A stretch of 35,517 bases of DNA. Source: Bigelowiella natans CCMP2755 (Eukaryota; Protista; Cercozoa). Both the position numbers and the translations under genes were made by a program. The DNA lies in NCBI GenBank assembly GCA_000320545.1, contig ADNK01002422.1:1-35517 (forward strand), read 5' to 3'. The notes beneath the pieces were generated by a model. That model had not been told where the DNA came from. It did not search any database and saw only the letters and a list, made by a program, of their open reading frames with translations. Position 1 is the stretch's first letter, and each line of letters starts with the position of its first letter. This document shows positions 23,341 to 35,390 of the stretch, one piece after another.

Positions 23341-24140
23341 CGTACCAGACTCGATCTTGCAAGTAAATAACTCTTTTCTCCTCCTCAGCTTTGCGGCGGT
23401 GGGCGAGGTTTGCTTCTTTGGTATCCGGGGTGTTGCATTGTCTGCTCAAGACACCATCATCAGCAAAGTGTGCTACATATCATTACGCGTATAACAATGT
23501 GATGTTGACGATAGTACAGCGACCAAATTCTCTTTGTTTGTGCGTCAAATTACATTCTTGGTCGTTGTGGTCTTCTTCTTCGCCTCAGCAACCTTCTGTG
23601 CCTGGCAGTAATGAAACATTGCTGTAAATACCTAGTCACGGCTTTTATCGCATTTTAAATACACCATTGCCCACTGATATTCACTGCTTAAACTTCCATT
23701 CAAACAAATGGACATTGAATTCCCTTAGTCACCTGTCTCTATAACCCCTCTCTCTCTCTCGTTGTTTTCCCGTACCAACTACTTCGAAAACGGTATATTA
23801 AGTTAGTTAATCTATCATAGCACTACTTTAATCCGTTTCACAGTTGTCCAAGCCTTTTGTTAGAACACAGAGGATATTTTAATCATTAACGAAAACAATT
23901 TATCATAGAGTGAAATGATTCATGGAAAAACTACTTCCAGCAAATTCTTATGTTTTGAAGCATCAGTGTTTACACATTAATTGACCTTCATACACCATAA
24001 AAGTGAAACCGAAAATCATAAAAATAGTAAACAATTCAACATAAAGCACGCGCGCGCATATTCATCAATGCCATTCCTTTGGAGTAATCCCGAAATGTCA
24101 TCAATCAGTATTTTTCTACTAGCAAGGGGTGTGAGCTTAC

Positions 24141-24239
24141 CTCAACATCTTCTATGGAAATATTTGCCCTTTTCCTTCCAACCTGATAACAATGACAGTC
24201 CCAACACGTGTAGCACGTCTTAGCTTTATGTGTGTGTAT

Positions 24240-24286
<47 letters not shown>

Positions 24287-25288
24287 CGCGCGTGTGTGTA
24301 CGCTTTTTGAAACCACGCATCATCTCCTACACAGGATGTAGCGTGAATCTATGGCGCATTTGTTATCTTCTCCTCCCCATCTTCTTCTGCATTCTGCAGC
24401 TACTAAACTGAAGTTGTTGTTATCATTCAACTGATATCAGTGATTACTTGTCGAGGAACTAAACCAGACTGACGTAACGCTGCCTTTTCCTACAGCGGGG
24501 AGAAATGAATTTTGATGGATTTTAACGAATATATTATTGACAGTCGTCATATGTGTGTAGTAGGGGCAACACGCCTTAAGTTGTTAGCTCGACAATGCTG
24601 CTTATTGATTTCTTCGAATCAAAACAAAAGCAAGCTACCTTATGGCTCATCGCTTTTATAGGCTGCTGTTTCTTCAGCCTATGAATCAATACGCAAAATG
24701 CAGTAATCGTATCATCGAAAAACAAATGCATGGTTCGAAGAATGGCAGGTATCGGGTATTAGACACGACGGTTTGGTTCGCACTTCATCATCTTGTCGTT
24801 GGTCAGGTTTTCGGCCATCTCCGCAATGGAGTTCTCGAAGTCCTCATCAACTCTACTGTTCTTGACCTGCGAGATACGCCAAAGGATGAATATGTTGATA
24901 AATGTGTCACAGTAAAGGAGGAAGAGGAGTCAGGTTTAAGATTTCATTTTTCTAGGACGTATTCGGAATATTCTCGTAAAAGACTTTCTGTATTTTTTTG
25001 TTAGGAAAGAGCGATTACTGGCAAGCTACTACACATTAGATATGATATGAAATGATATGACCGCTGAAGCAACAGCAAGGAAATCCGGAAGCTTTATCTT
25101 GGACTTAATTGGTGCTACATTGATCTGTAATGATAACAGGTAGTTGTTGTAATAGTAGTAGGACATGTGTGGGGGGCTGATGCTGACAATATATGCATGT
25201 GTGTGTGTTTGTGCATTACATATGAATAATTACGCGCAAGTTTACATTTCCATCATTAGGCAATGGATTCCTACAACTGAAATAGTAG

Positions 25289-25336
<48 letters not shown>

Positions 25337-25582
25337 AAATATTCATACATTTGTGCTCGCAAATCATTTTGATATTTATTAAATGTTTTCCAGATGAATG
25401 GTGTATCTCTACCGAGACTAGTTTCTTCTTCCTTTTTTTCTTCTTTTTCTTCTTCTTCTTTTTCTTGCTCTCCCCCTTAGTTTCGTCTGATTTTCCTTCC
25501 CCTTCACTCGGTAACGTCCCCGCTGCTGTTCCCTTCTTTGCATCTTCTTTGCTACCAACCGAGGCTGCTATTGACAGTGATT

Positions 25583-25621
<39 letters not shown>

Positions 25622-26276
25622 CGTAAATCAAAAGGGAATGATTGAGTTCGGAGTAGGCATGCGTCATTCCCTGTTTTGTCGCGCTTACCAGCAGGTGGAG
25701 GCGCCATCGGTCCATAGCTCGAATCTGATTACATCTCATTATTGTCTTCTGCGGTTGGGCAATCAAGCTGGAACTGCACGTTGCCGTGCCGTTTATATTG
25801 CCATTATGCGAGCACTCCAGTTTTATTCGCTCTTCTCATTTTTCAACCCCCCCACTTTTTCTCTCAATCCCCACATCTCCACCCTTCCTCTCTATTTTGT
25901 ATGACAAACCGACCAGCTAGCTCTTCTTCTTCATCTGCGGTCTCCACAACAATGCTCGCTTTTGCTCCAGCTGGAGATTTTTTTGTTTGGGCAGCGGGAT
26001 TGGGCAAAGGGCGGGCCGAAGCTACTGCGTATGCGGAAACAGTTGATGAGGTTTCTATTTCAATTTTGTATGCCCTACTGCACTTACCCGTCTCTGCTAC
26101 GTTCGGTTGTGCATCCAACTTCGTTGTGTCGTCCTGCTAGGGAGAGGAAGGCGTTACCGTTATCTGAGCCCACTCTCTATCCCGATTAACAACCATTGAG
26201 GTGTTGGTGCATGAAAGATGCAAGGTACCTCTTCTTCGGAGTCAGACCCGTACGCTCCTAGGCCTAGGGCGTCCAT
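24141..26276 (-). CDS. Uncharacterised low-complexity, probably nuclear protein (multi-exon; 3' end unresolved, may extend to about 23550)
   Basis: ATG at 26276, MDALGLGAYGSDSEEE. In-frame GT-AG exons give a poly-Lys tract (25420-25466) and ...EKAALRQSGLVPRQ-VGRKRANISIEDVE. Confidence 0.65.
24229..25619. repeat. Intronic microsatellites: (GT)n/(GC)n 24229-24298, (CT)n 25292-25336, (TA)n 25586-25619
   Basis: Directly visible; other (TA)n runs at about 15337-15368 and 20590-20625. Confidence 0.9.
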
Positions 26277-27423
26277 TGGAAAGGTGTTGGAGTTGCGCCT
26301 TTCCGATCCTGTATTATATCTAGAACAAAATTTACACCGAATATATCTGTAATATAAAATAAATGCATGCACCCGTTTCGGTGTTGTTTGGGGTAATTTC
26401 GCATCCTGTAGTGACGGTTTGATAATGATGTTCTTCGGTCGAAAACCGGTCCGTCTGGTTTGAAGAAGCAATCAAAACATCATTCCTTTTCGGGTAAAAA
26501 CTCGAGTGAGTCTCTCGAGTTGCAGGTGATTTCAGAGACCCACAGCTGTGCATGGGAATGCACACTAAGAATGAACACAGCGACTGATGTGACTGCAACC
26601 GGAAAATATCGTAATATAATTGTCTAATGCCAAGGAAAATTATCCAAATTGATTCACCATATTTGAGACCTATCCACCTACCCATTACCGATTCCGCCAT
26701 TCGCTTGTTGTTCGCCCCCACTCTTAACCCCCCTCTGGAACTACCGGCCAACTGTGGCCTTTTCACTTCAGTTTCCTGCCTGGACTGCATTGCTGTAGCG
26801 AGATTGAAAGTAGGTGAGATGTAGACACAAAGGTGGTTTGTGTTAGTTCTTGATTTGATGTAGAATCTGACCTGTAATGAAAATCTTCATTTTGCTTGCT
26901 TTCTTAATTTTTAATTTATCTTTTCTTTGGCCCCCCTCTCCCCTCCTCCATGAGATGGTTGCCGAATGAAATTTTTAGTGAAAGATGCATCTGTGTCCGC
27001 ATCTTTTGCATGCGACCAAACTATCGTCAGACTGAATAGCACACCAGTCGTCACCGTACTCATTCAAGTCTCACATGAAGTCTACTACACAAATACCTAT
27101 TGACAGGTATAAGGGATCAGTTCAGGAAAGACTAGAGACACGCATCTACAATCCACATGGCCACACCCATCACTAAGGTCACCAACATCCATAAGAGACT
27201 GTTCGTGTAGATGTGCATGGAAAATAAACAATAAACATATGTATCATATACATATACATATACATTAAAGATGGGATATACTATGTCTATAGTCAGATAT
27301 GAGTAAGAACATTTTCACGTCAGTGAACAAATAAACTACTTCACACTGACCACATCATGCGGAACCTACACAAATTAGGATGATGGAGATCAAGACATCC
27401 GTCTTATTGCTAAGGCGGATGCC

Positions 27424-30393
27424 ATGCTCTCAAGGAAGCTGTTGGGGAAAATTGAACTCTCTGTTGAACGTCTTACCAAAAGCCTATTTGTCTCTGCGAA
27501 CACCAAATATTTGTCCAAAATGAGTGTGGGTTCGAGTTGTGCACTCTCCGAGACTACACTGAATCTGGCGTTGGATGATCTGAAGGATGTCAACAACGGC
27601 GTGAATTACTTGACTGAAATCGTAAACCGCTTTTTAAACAAAATCAATGGAGCCGGTGAACCAAGAGGAGAACACAAATCTATGCCTGCGAATGGGGTTG
27701 TTGAAAGCGCTTGTGTGGTGGAGAAAGAGGACGAGAAAGATGAACAAATTACGCACCATCTCGCCACGAAAGAATCACTTTACATTCGGAACGACCACCG
27801 GCAGTATGCTAATTGTGTATCAGTAACTAAATCTTCACATGTGAATCGTGTTTCGGACACCAAGTCGTCATATATAAATTGTGTACCAGATACTAATTCT
27901 TCATATGCAAATCATCTTCCGGGTACTAAGTCTTCATATGGAAATTGTGTGGTGGTGACCGAATCTTCAAATCATACTAAGAGTTTGGGTGAACAATTTA
28001 TTTTTGACGAATCGAATATCAAAGTTGTGAAAGAACTCGGAAGAGGTAATTTTGCGATCACCAAGAGTGTTGTGCTGACGTCTGTGGAAGATGAGGGCAC
28101 CAGAGCAGCTTGGAAGGTTCTGAAGACAGATGGCAAGGGAAAAACAGATGTTGAAGAGTACAAGAAGGAGACTATGTTTTTGATGATGGTGGGTGGCCAA
28201 AAAAATATAATGAGATTCATCGGGATTACTCTCAATGTGAAAAACGGAAATCTAGGTTTTCTCACTGAGTTGTGCGAAAGGGGGAGTCTGGACAAGCTTC
28301 ACGATGCATTCGATCTCCTTGAACCGACCAGGTTCTGGAAAATAGTAACTGGCGTGTTTCTTGGACTCATGCATCTCCATCATTTCAAAATTGTGCACAG
28401 GGATGTTGCATGCAGAAACATTCTTATTGCCGGCGATTGGACCCCAAAGTTGTCCGACTTTGGTCTGTGTGTGCGTGCTACGAGCGACATTCATGTGGGC
28501 AAAGTGGATGAAAGGCTTCCAGTGTTTTGGGTGGCTCCTGAAGGCTTATTCGATAGAGTTTTCACCCACAAATCCGATGTGTGGGCAGCAGGCGTGACGA
28601 TTTGGGAGATTTTGTGGAAAGGGAAACGACCATACATTGACGAGTTGAACAGAATATCAACTTCCATGAAATTGAGCAGACACGACGCAATGCATCGTGT
28701 TCTTAGTGGAATTGTGGCCAAACAAATCCGACTTCTTCCTCCCCCCAACACAGCGCCGTCATTTATCAATTTGCTCGAGGCTTGCCTAGAGTTTGATCCT
28801 GGGTCACGTCCAGATGCGTTTCAAGTTCTTGAGCACTTCGTTCTTCCAGACTTGAAGGCCAATTTTCGGGGGGGGTTGCAGTCCGTCGAGGATGATGGAA
28901 CGGAGGAGATGCGTTCAGAAAAGTCCAGAAGAGCGGAACTCGCAACCATGTTTGGTGTAGCCCACAAAGTCACGGACACTTCTTTAGATTTGAAGGAAAT
29001 GGGGCTGTGTCAAATTTCAAGGCCAGTCCTGATGGAGATTAGGAAGCTAACAGAGCTGACTGAGTTGAACCTGAATCAGAACTTGTTCATTTCTCTTCCA
29101 TCGGAGATCGGGGAGCTAAAGAAATTGACCAGATTGTACATGAATCAGAACCAGCTGACTTCGCTTCCGGCTGAGATCGGGAAGCTCTTGAAACTGACGG
29201 AGCTGTGGGAATTGAAGTTGAACAAAAACCAACTCACTTCGGTTCCTGTGAAGATCGGGGAGCTAACGTATCTGAAGATGTTATGCATGAACGAGAACCA
29301 GCTCAATTCGCTTCCAGCGGAGATCGGGAACCTAACGGATCTGAAGACGTTGCAGTTGGATCAGAACCAGCTCACTTCGCTCCCGACGGAGATCGGGAAG
29401 CTGAAGGAACTACGGATAGTGCACTTGAATCAGAACCGACTTACCTCGCTTCCGGTGGAGATTGGGAAGCTGACGGAACTGGAACACTTGCTGTTGTATA
29501 AGAACAAGCTGACTTCGCTTCCGGTAGGAATTGGGAATCTGACTGAACTAAACACGTTTAGCGTGTCTAACAACCGGCTCACTTCACTTCCGGCGGAGAT
29601 TTGCGGGGTAACAAATCTACACCATTTGGATTTAAATCGCAACCAGCTCACTTCGCTTCCAGCGACGATCGGAGATCTGAACATGGTGGGAAGAGTGTAC
29701 TTGAAACAGAACCAGCTCATTTCACTTCCGGCGGAGATCGGGAAGCTCTGGGAGTTGAGAAAATTGCACTTGAATCGCAATCAGCTCATTTCACTTCCGC
29801 GGGAAATCGGGGGGCTTCATAATCTGGAAGATTTGCAGTTGTGTGAGAACAAGCTCACCTCGCTCCCGGGGGAGATAGGAAAGCTCACGAAGCTGAAAAT
29901 TTTACACTTGGATCAGAACAAGTTGAATTCGCTGACGGCGGAAGTTGGGAAGCTCACGAACCTGGAAGATTTACGGCTGTACAGGAACAAAGTCACTTTA
30001 CTTCCGGTTGAGATTGGGAAGCTGACAGAGCTAACTGTGTTGCGCTTGCCTTGCAACCGGCTCACTTCGCTTCCGGCGGAGATCGGGGAGCTAACGAAGC
30101 TGATCGATTTGGATTTGAATCGCAACAAGCTCACTTCACTTCCGTCGGAGATCGGGAAGCTAACGGAGCTGATGAAATTGCATTTACTTCAGAACCAGCT
30201 CACTTCACTTCCAGTGGAGATTAAGAAGCTGACGAAGCTGAAATGCACACTGCCAAGTGTGCGACGGGGACGAAACTCAAGGAGGGTTGCTCTGCAGCAT
30301 CATGACGAAGGCAAGAAGAAGATGAAGATCAAGTTGCAACATTCGTCCCGCCCCAAAAGGAAACCACCTCGTGGTCGTTATTGGAAAGACTAG
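27424..30393 (+). CDS. Tyrosine-kinase-type protein kinase fused to 17 C-terminal leucine-rich repeats (one 3-kb exon; an upstream exon may join via the AG at about 27377-27378)
   Basis: LGRGNF, AWK, HRDVACRN, DFG, LPVFWVAPE, FTHKSDVWAAGVTIWEI (TK-type catalytic and P+1 loops), followed by 23-aa repeats LxxNqLTSLPxEIGxLxxL. Confidence 0.92.
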   Translation: MLSRKLLGKIELSVERLTKSLFVSANTKYLSKMSVGSSCALSETTLNLALDDLKDVNNGVNYLTEIVNRFLNKINGAGEPRGEHKSMPANGVVESACVVEKEDEKDEQITHHLATKESLYIRNDHRQYANCVSVTKSSHVNRVSDTKSSYINCVPDTNSSYANHLPGTKSSYGNCVVVTESSNHTKSLGEQFIFDESNIKVVKELGRGNFAITKSVVLTSVEDEGTRAAWKVLKTDGKGKTDVEEYKKETMFLMMVGGQKNIMRFIGITLNVKNGNLGFLTELCERGSLDKLHDAFDLLEPTRFWKIVTGVFLGLMHLHHFKIVHRDVACRNILIAGDWTPKLSDFGLCVRATSDIHVGKVDERLPVFWVAPEGLFDRVFTHKSDVWAAGVTIWEILWKGKRPYIDELNRISTSMKLSRHDAMHRVLSGIVAKQIRLLPPPNTAPSFINLLEACLEFDPGSRPDAFQVLEHFVLPDLKANFRGGLQSVEDDGTEEMRSEKSRRAELATMFGVAHKVTDTSLDLKEMGLCQISRPVLMEIRKLTELTELNLNQNLFISLPSEIGELKKLTRLYMNQNQLTSLPAEIGKLLKLTELWELKLNKNQLTSVPVKIGELTYLKMLCMNENQLNSLPAEIGNLTDLKTLQLDQNQLTSLPTEIGKLKELRIVHLNQNRLTSLPVEIGKLTELEHLLLYKNKLTSLPVGIGNLTELNTFSVSNNRLTSLPAEICGVTNLHHLDLNRNQLTSLPATIGDLNMVGRVYLKQNQLISLPAEIGKLWELRKLHLNRNQLISLPREIGGLHNLEDLQLCENKLTSLPGEIGKLTKLKILHLDQNKLNSLTAEVGKLTNLEDLRLYRNKVTLLPVEIGKLTELTVLRLPCNRLTSLPAEIGELTKLIDLDLNRNKLTSLPSEIGKLTELMKLHLLQNQLTSLPVEIKKLTKLKCTLPSVRRGRNSRRVALQHHDEGKKKMKIKLQHSSRPKRKPPRGRYWKD
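27805..27969 (+). repeat. Five tandem 33-bp (11-aa) coding repeats, YxNCVxxTKSS
   Basis: Units start at 27805, 27838, 27871, 27904 and 27937: YANCVSVTKSS/HVNRVSDTKSS/YINCVPDTNSS/YANHLPGTKSS/YGNCVVVTESS. Confidence 0.85.
29040..30240 (+). repeat. 69-bp LRR tandem array (17 units)
   Basis: Recurrent core aaccagctcacttcgcttccggcggagatcgggaagct. Confidence 0.9.
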
Positions 30394-31114
30394 CAAAGCG
30401 GCCTTATGCCTATGTTGGCCTGCACACAGCAGGCTTGCTAAAATTTTCATCGCAAACAGCCCTAGAGCCGTGAAGGCTACATTGTGTGCACTTTGCTTGT
30501 GCACATGTGCACTACTGCCCTTCATCTGTCCTGTTTTCACGCACATCTGTTCTTCATCACAAAAATGCGCACATGAATGCATGAACAACAACCCCTAGAC
30601 CCACATGTGCTGGCAGTGTGTCACACACATGCTAAAAACTGTGCTGAACCATCTAGTCATGGAAGTGGAACGTTTTATGTGATGCTTGTGCGCTTTGCAC
30701 GTGCACATGAGTGGGCACAAAGGCTACATGTCGAGCTTTGACCATTGTTAATTGGAAAGTTCAAATCGCGTTGCGCACAGCTAGACTGCTGGGAACACAA
30801 AATTTTACGATGAGTCAAAAGGAACTATCTGCTAGCAAAGGCGCATGCTATCTTTTGCAACTCCACATTTGCACACATGTTGCATCAATATGAATGTGGC
30901 TGCTTAGCTTCTTTCGCGATCGAAAATCCGTCTAGCCGTGCGTGCGCAAAATCGCACATGCTAGAACACAAAGCTCGCATGCACACATCATGACATTGTT
31001 AGCGTAATAATTCTTTAAACTGACATTTCGTATCATACGATACGTAGACCAAAATTTCATAGAATCTGCATAGTTATAGAATACTAAGGGAATTACAAAC
31101 CTATGAACAAACAA

Positions 31115-31767
31115 CTAGCTCCCTGCTAGACATTTGTCAACTACGGATAGAAGATTATCATTTTCGAGTGCAGCAGCTACCCTTTCCTTGTCGTTGAGCT
31201 GCTTGTTTACTGTAAAGTACCATAACCCCAAACAAGAGGGACAAGAGTCACATAAATATCTATTGGAGATTAAGAGTGTAGTATATTTGTTTTCCTATAA
31301 AACTCAGAAGATTAGTTGTTTGTCCATGCGGGTAAACATTGTCTTTTTCTAGTCTTTGGAAGTCATTTCGTTGTGTTAGTTCCACAAGATCGAGGAGATT
31401 TTCATCTTATGAAGAACTGTGTCATATACAATCATCGACAAATAGATATTACTGCTAATACAAAGGGAACACACTATAACTTTACGACCTGCTTTCTCTT
31501 GATTATGTGTCCCCTTTGATATTTGAATATCCACCTTCAGCCGTGGAGGCAGTGATCGTATCAGCTTTACTCTGATCGATAGACCTATGAGTGTCGCCAT
31601 GCTGCAGTGTGGGATGGTAGGCCTATCCATAGAGGAGAACGTTGAAAAACCAATTAAATTATACGAAAAGAACAGGGTGAGGGATCATCATTTACACCGA
31701 CAGCTATTATGTAGCAAATGCAGAGACATACACATACGCGCGCGGGACCGCGCGTTCGAGCGGATAT

Positions 31768-31814
<47 letters not shown>

Positions 31815-32118
31815 GACAAATTATTGCAAATAAATATTTAAGTGGTACTACGTGAAATTGATCTTGACGGAATTCTCCTTGTTGTCGACGTGTACGTCTT
31901 TCAGCTGCACAACTCGAAGCTTTTATTAATGGAGGAGGAAGAAATGTAAAGATAACGATGATGTGCTGGTGATTCTTAGGCGAGTTGTAATCGACTGCTT
32001 TGCCAAATTCTTCGAAATAACATTGCGCTCGCATAAACATACACGCACAAACATTCACACAAAACGTGTATCTAACACAAACACGCACAAGCGCACCACA
32101 ATATGAATACGTTAATAT

Positions 32119-32153
<35 letters not shown>

Positions 32154-32481
32154 TTATTTATATGGTTTAAATCCGGCGTGAATTTTTGTCTCACCTTCCC
32201 GAATAACACATAACTAAAACTAACGCCGTCTAAATATATTGTGTTGATATTCGTATGTCCATCGTGAGACTACAGAAATCTCGAGAATTACACAGAACCT
32301 GTTCTAACGTTAGCGGGTGCTCGGGATCATTGATACCACGAATAAGCTCGAATATCTCTAGAGCGTCAAACTCGTCTGGCGTCTCTTCATCATCAATGTC
32401 CGTTCTCGTTACCTTATCTTCGAGCTTTTCCTCAGCCCTGTACACTGTGGGGTTGGCATTTATCTTTGCAGCGCCAAACAT
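31115..32481 (-). CDS. FAM96B: Cytosolic Fe-S assembly component MIP18/CIA2B (158 aa); exons 32481-32299, 32213-32195, 31897-31852, 31622-31489, 31209-31115
   Basis: [68 protein letters not shown]; exons total 477 nt. Confidence 0.95.
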
Positions 32482-33051
32482 TACTCGCCCACGCTCCTAT
32501 AGCAATATGAGCTCTATGATGCTACAATGCGACCCCACGAAAAGGGGAGCAACCGAAATATCCTTTCCAACTGCTTGCTCTATTTCTACGGCGGAGGCAC
32601 GGTTCCTTCCGTCTTTCCTCACCCCCCACGTGAGCTGTGTAGGGCAGGCAGCTGTCGTCTCATAGAGATAAACAGATGGCGTTTTTCATGAACGACATCA
32701 AATAAGAAATCAAAGATTCTAGAAAAATAAAGGGCATTACAGGCTTACGACAGCCTTATCGAACTCCCGGTGCTAGTTTTGAGTATCTTCGAACAAGGCG
32801 TGAGTTTTCTCTAAATCAACTAATATCTCCTTAAAAGGACAAGGATTGGAGTGCAATTTATACATTTATGAGGTTATTTTGGCTCACTTAAGCATTAAAA
32901 ATATCAGGGCCGACAGAAGGGCTTTTCAAGCGGCACCCCCTTCGCAATCGCGATCAACCGCTGCCCCACTCCCAGAAAGATCCATTTCCCCAAAGCTTCG
33001 GATGGTTAAGTATCGATACGATTTCTAGCCCGGGAGGTGGTCAACAATGCA
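32482..33051. promoter_or_regulatory. Short divergent (head-to-head) intergenic region between FAM96B and the PPR gene
   Basis: Two start codons face away from each other about 570 bp apart; no specific motif identified. Confidence 0.35.
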
Positions 33052-35390
33052 ATGAGTTACAACAGGAGAATGGGCTGCTACTTCCTCCTCGTCGTTGCAG
33101 AGGCATTGCTGGTATTTAGCCGAACAGGTAAGGAAAACGATGAAACGAGCATGCAACGCATCAAGATCCACTATTGAAGTTCAATAAGTTCAACAATCAA
33201 GCGAATATATCAATCACTCAAAACTTCCACATCAGAAACTTGCCTGACTACGACGTTGTGCAGCTGTTCATGCTGCCAACTTCTCTACTTATATATCCTA
33301 CTCAGCGTCGTTATGTATACTTTTAGCCTCTGCGGCGGTTTTTCCTGGGATTGCGGGTGGAAAAGCACGCCTAGGCGGTTCAGGAGGAAGAGTAGAAGCT
33401 TCTTCATACGGAATGCTGCCACGTCCAGTGGCTAAAGAGGGGTATCTGATAAATCTGATGACAGGAGGAAACACTGGATCTTCTCCTTACTGGCTAAGAC
33501 GGCGAAGGCTGATTCCAAGTCGATGCTATTCATCGCAACAACGCTTGGCCTACTCGCAGGTATTCAAGATCTGTACGCTCTATGCCATGCGTGTCCTAAT
33601 GGTTAAAAAAACACTTTGCTCAAAATATTAAGTTCTACGTGGTTGCTAATCTCGATGTGTTTTTACTGTCAATTCAGTTCTTTCTGCGCCATCACCGTTT
33701 ATTCTTCTTCTTCTTCTTCTTCTTCTTCTTCTTCTTCTTCTTCTTCTTCTTCTTCTTCTTCTCCTTCTCCTTCTTCTTCTACTTTCCGCCTCTGTAAGGT
33801 TGATAGCAGCAACAAATGGCATGTTGACCATGGTTGTCCGGAGGATCTTAGGCGACGACGAAGTCCCTGTCATGAATATCCTCGTCATTCTAGTCTTCGC
33901 AATGGGCCATGCTATACCACGCTATTGCGTCCATCAGTGCCACCTCCTCGCAGGACGAAAGTGCAAGTGGCAGCCGCAGATGATGCTGGTGACCGTTCGA
34001 TGATGAACGCTGCTTATGATCTTGCTGCTGCTTCCTCGGCGTTGCATCACGGGAGAAGGATAAGATTAGCGAGGCGGCGAACGGCTGTTGCTGCAAGCTC
34101 TTTGCTCTCATTCTTCCCCGCTTTGCCAATGTATAACAGGAAGAAGCCAACTTGTCGCCCTCCATCGTTGCATCCCCCCCTCCCCTCCAAGCCCGTCTAC
34201 ACCTCCCTGCGCGCCCAGCGGTATAACCGTGACGCCGAAGGGAAGGATTCTATGGGGAAGGACAAGGAGCGCACTCCTCGCTATCGTCGCGCTCAGAATG
34301 GCGATGGTGATAAAGCGAGGGCGGGAAGGAGCAGTAGGAGGGGCTCAATGTTATCACCACCATCCTCAGGGAGACTTGTCCGGGGAGGCAGCGTTCGGTC
34401 AAGCATTGCTTTGAGCATTAGGAGAATCCGGTCAACCCTCCACAACTGTGCCAAAGCTGACGATGCCGCGGGTGCCTGGAATGCCCTTGCTCGCCTGGAA
34501 AACATCACAACACCCCTGCCGCTTGACTACAACGTGCTGATAGCGCTCGTGGCGAAGCTGCACCCAGAGGGGGGGCCGAGGGCCGACCGGGACGTCGATT
34601 TGCTTCTCGATAGAATGGCAGCGAAGGGGGTGGCGAAAGACGGGTGCGTTGCTGTTAGTGGCACTTGCTCGATTCTGCACCAAACATGAACTGCCAACTA
34701 GTTATAAGCATACAGCATGCCAGCTTAGACTAGCGATGGCAGAAACGCGGATTATTGATGAATTTGATATGATTTAATACTGATGTTTACCGATGACGCT
34801 ACTGGTGACGATGATGGGTTTGAATACAAATATGGTGATGCCATGTCCCTCAGGTACACGTATGGCTCTTTGATCAAGGCTGCACGGAAGAACGCCCCCC
34901 GGGCGCTTGCCCTTTTTAAAGAGGCAGCAGCAGCAGCAGCAGCAGAAGATGCCTCATCGTCTCTTAATCATAGCAATACCAGTCAACAACAACGAGCTGT
35001 TCGGCCTTTCTCTACGAGTGTATTGTACAGCTTAGTGCTCAAGTCATTTGCAGAGGCGGGGCTCCCATGGGACGACACACGGCCGCGAAGATACAACGAT
35101 GATGATGATGATGATGATAATGAGGATGATAGGAGAGAAAACGTCGATAATTCGTCGTCTTCTCTCTCTTCCTCGTCGCTGCCCTTCACATGTCTGAAAA
35201 GTGCCATTAAGGCAAAGCTTAATATCCCTTGCGATGAAGACGTGAAAGAGCGAAGTCGTGACGATGGTGATGGTGATGATGATGATTCTATGCAATATCT
35301 CCCTCCACAAGATCGGACCAAAGGCCACAGCTCTCTTCTCAGCGTGTTATCGCAGATGGGACGATGGCAGGACGTCATCGATGCTTACGA
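33052..35390 (+). CDS. Pentatricopeptide-repeat protein with a signal peptide and transit-like leader (partial, continues beyond the window); exons 33052-33127, 33327-33559, 33799-34643, 34854-35390
   Basis: MSYNRRMGCYFLLVVAEALLVFSRTA leader, then an R/S-rich region. PPR-like motifs DYNVLIALVAK...LLDRMAAKGVAKDG-YTYGSLIKA..RALALFKE, LYSLVLKSFAEAG, HSSLLSVLSQMGRWQDVIDAYE. All junctions are in frame. Confidence 0.75.
33702..33780. repeat. (TCT)n intronic microsatellite; also (GA)n 31768-31810 and (TA)n 32122-32148
   Basis: Directly visible; lies between the donor at 33560 and the acceptor at 33798. Confidence 0.9.

Noticed and set aside
21971-23370. Cluster of overlapping Cys/His-rich ORFs (also 718-1353 and 7978-9122)
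   Set aside because: Loss of TpA removes TAA/TAG stops and inflates Cys/His/Ala codons; no recognisable domain
26560-27380. Upstream exons of the kinase-LRR gene
   Set aside because: Candidate donor (about 26814) and acceptors exist, but I could not build a stop-free in-frame chain
29040-30240. CRISPR-like regularly spaced repeats
   Set aside because: The 69-bp period is in-frame LRR coding sequence in a eukaryotic gene
33616-33798. Poly-Ser N-terminus of ORF 33616-34689 and the antisense poly-Arg ORF
   Set aside because: They come from an intronic (TCT)n microsatellite upstream of the acceptor at 33798
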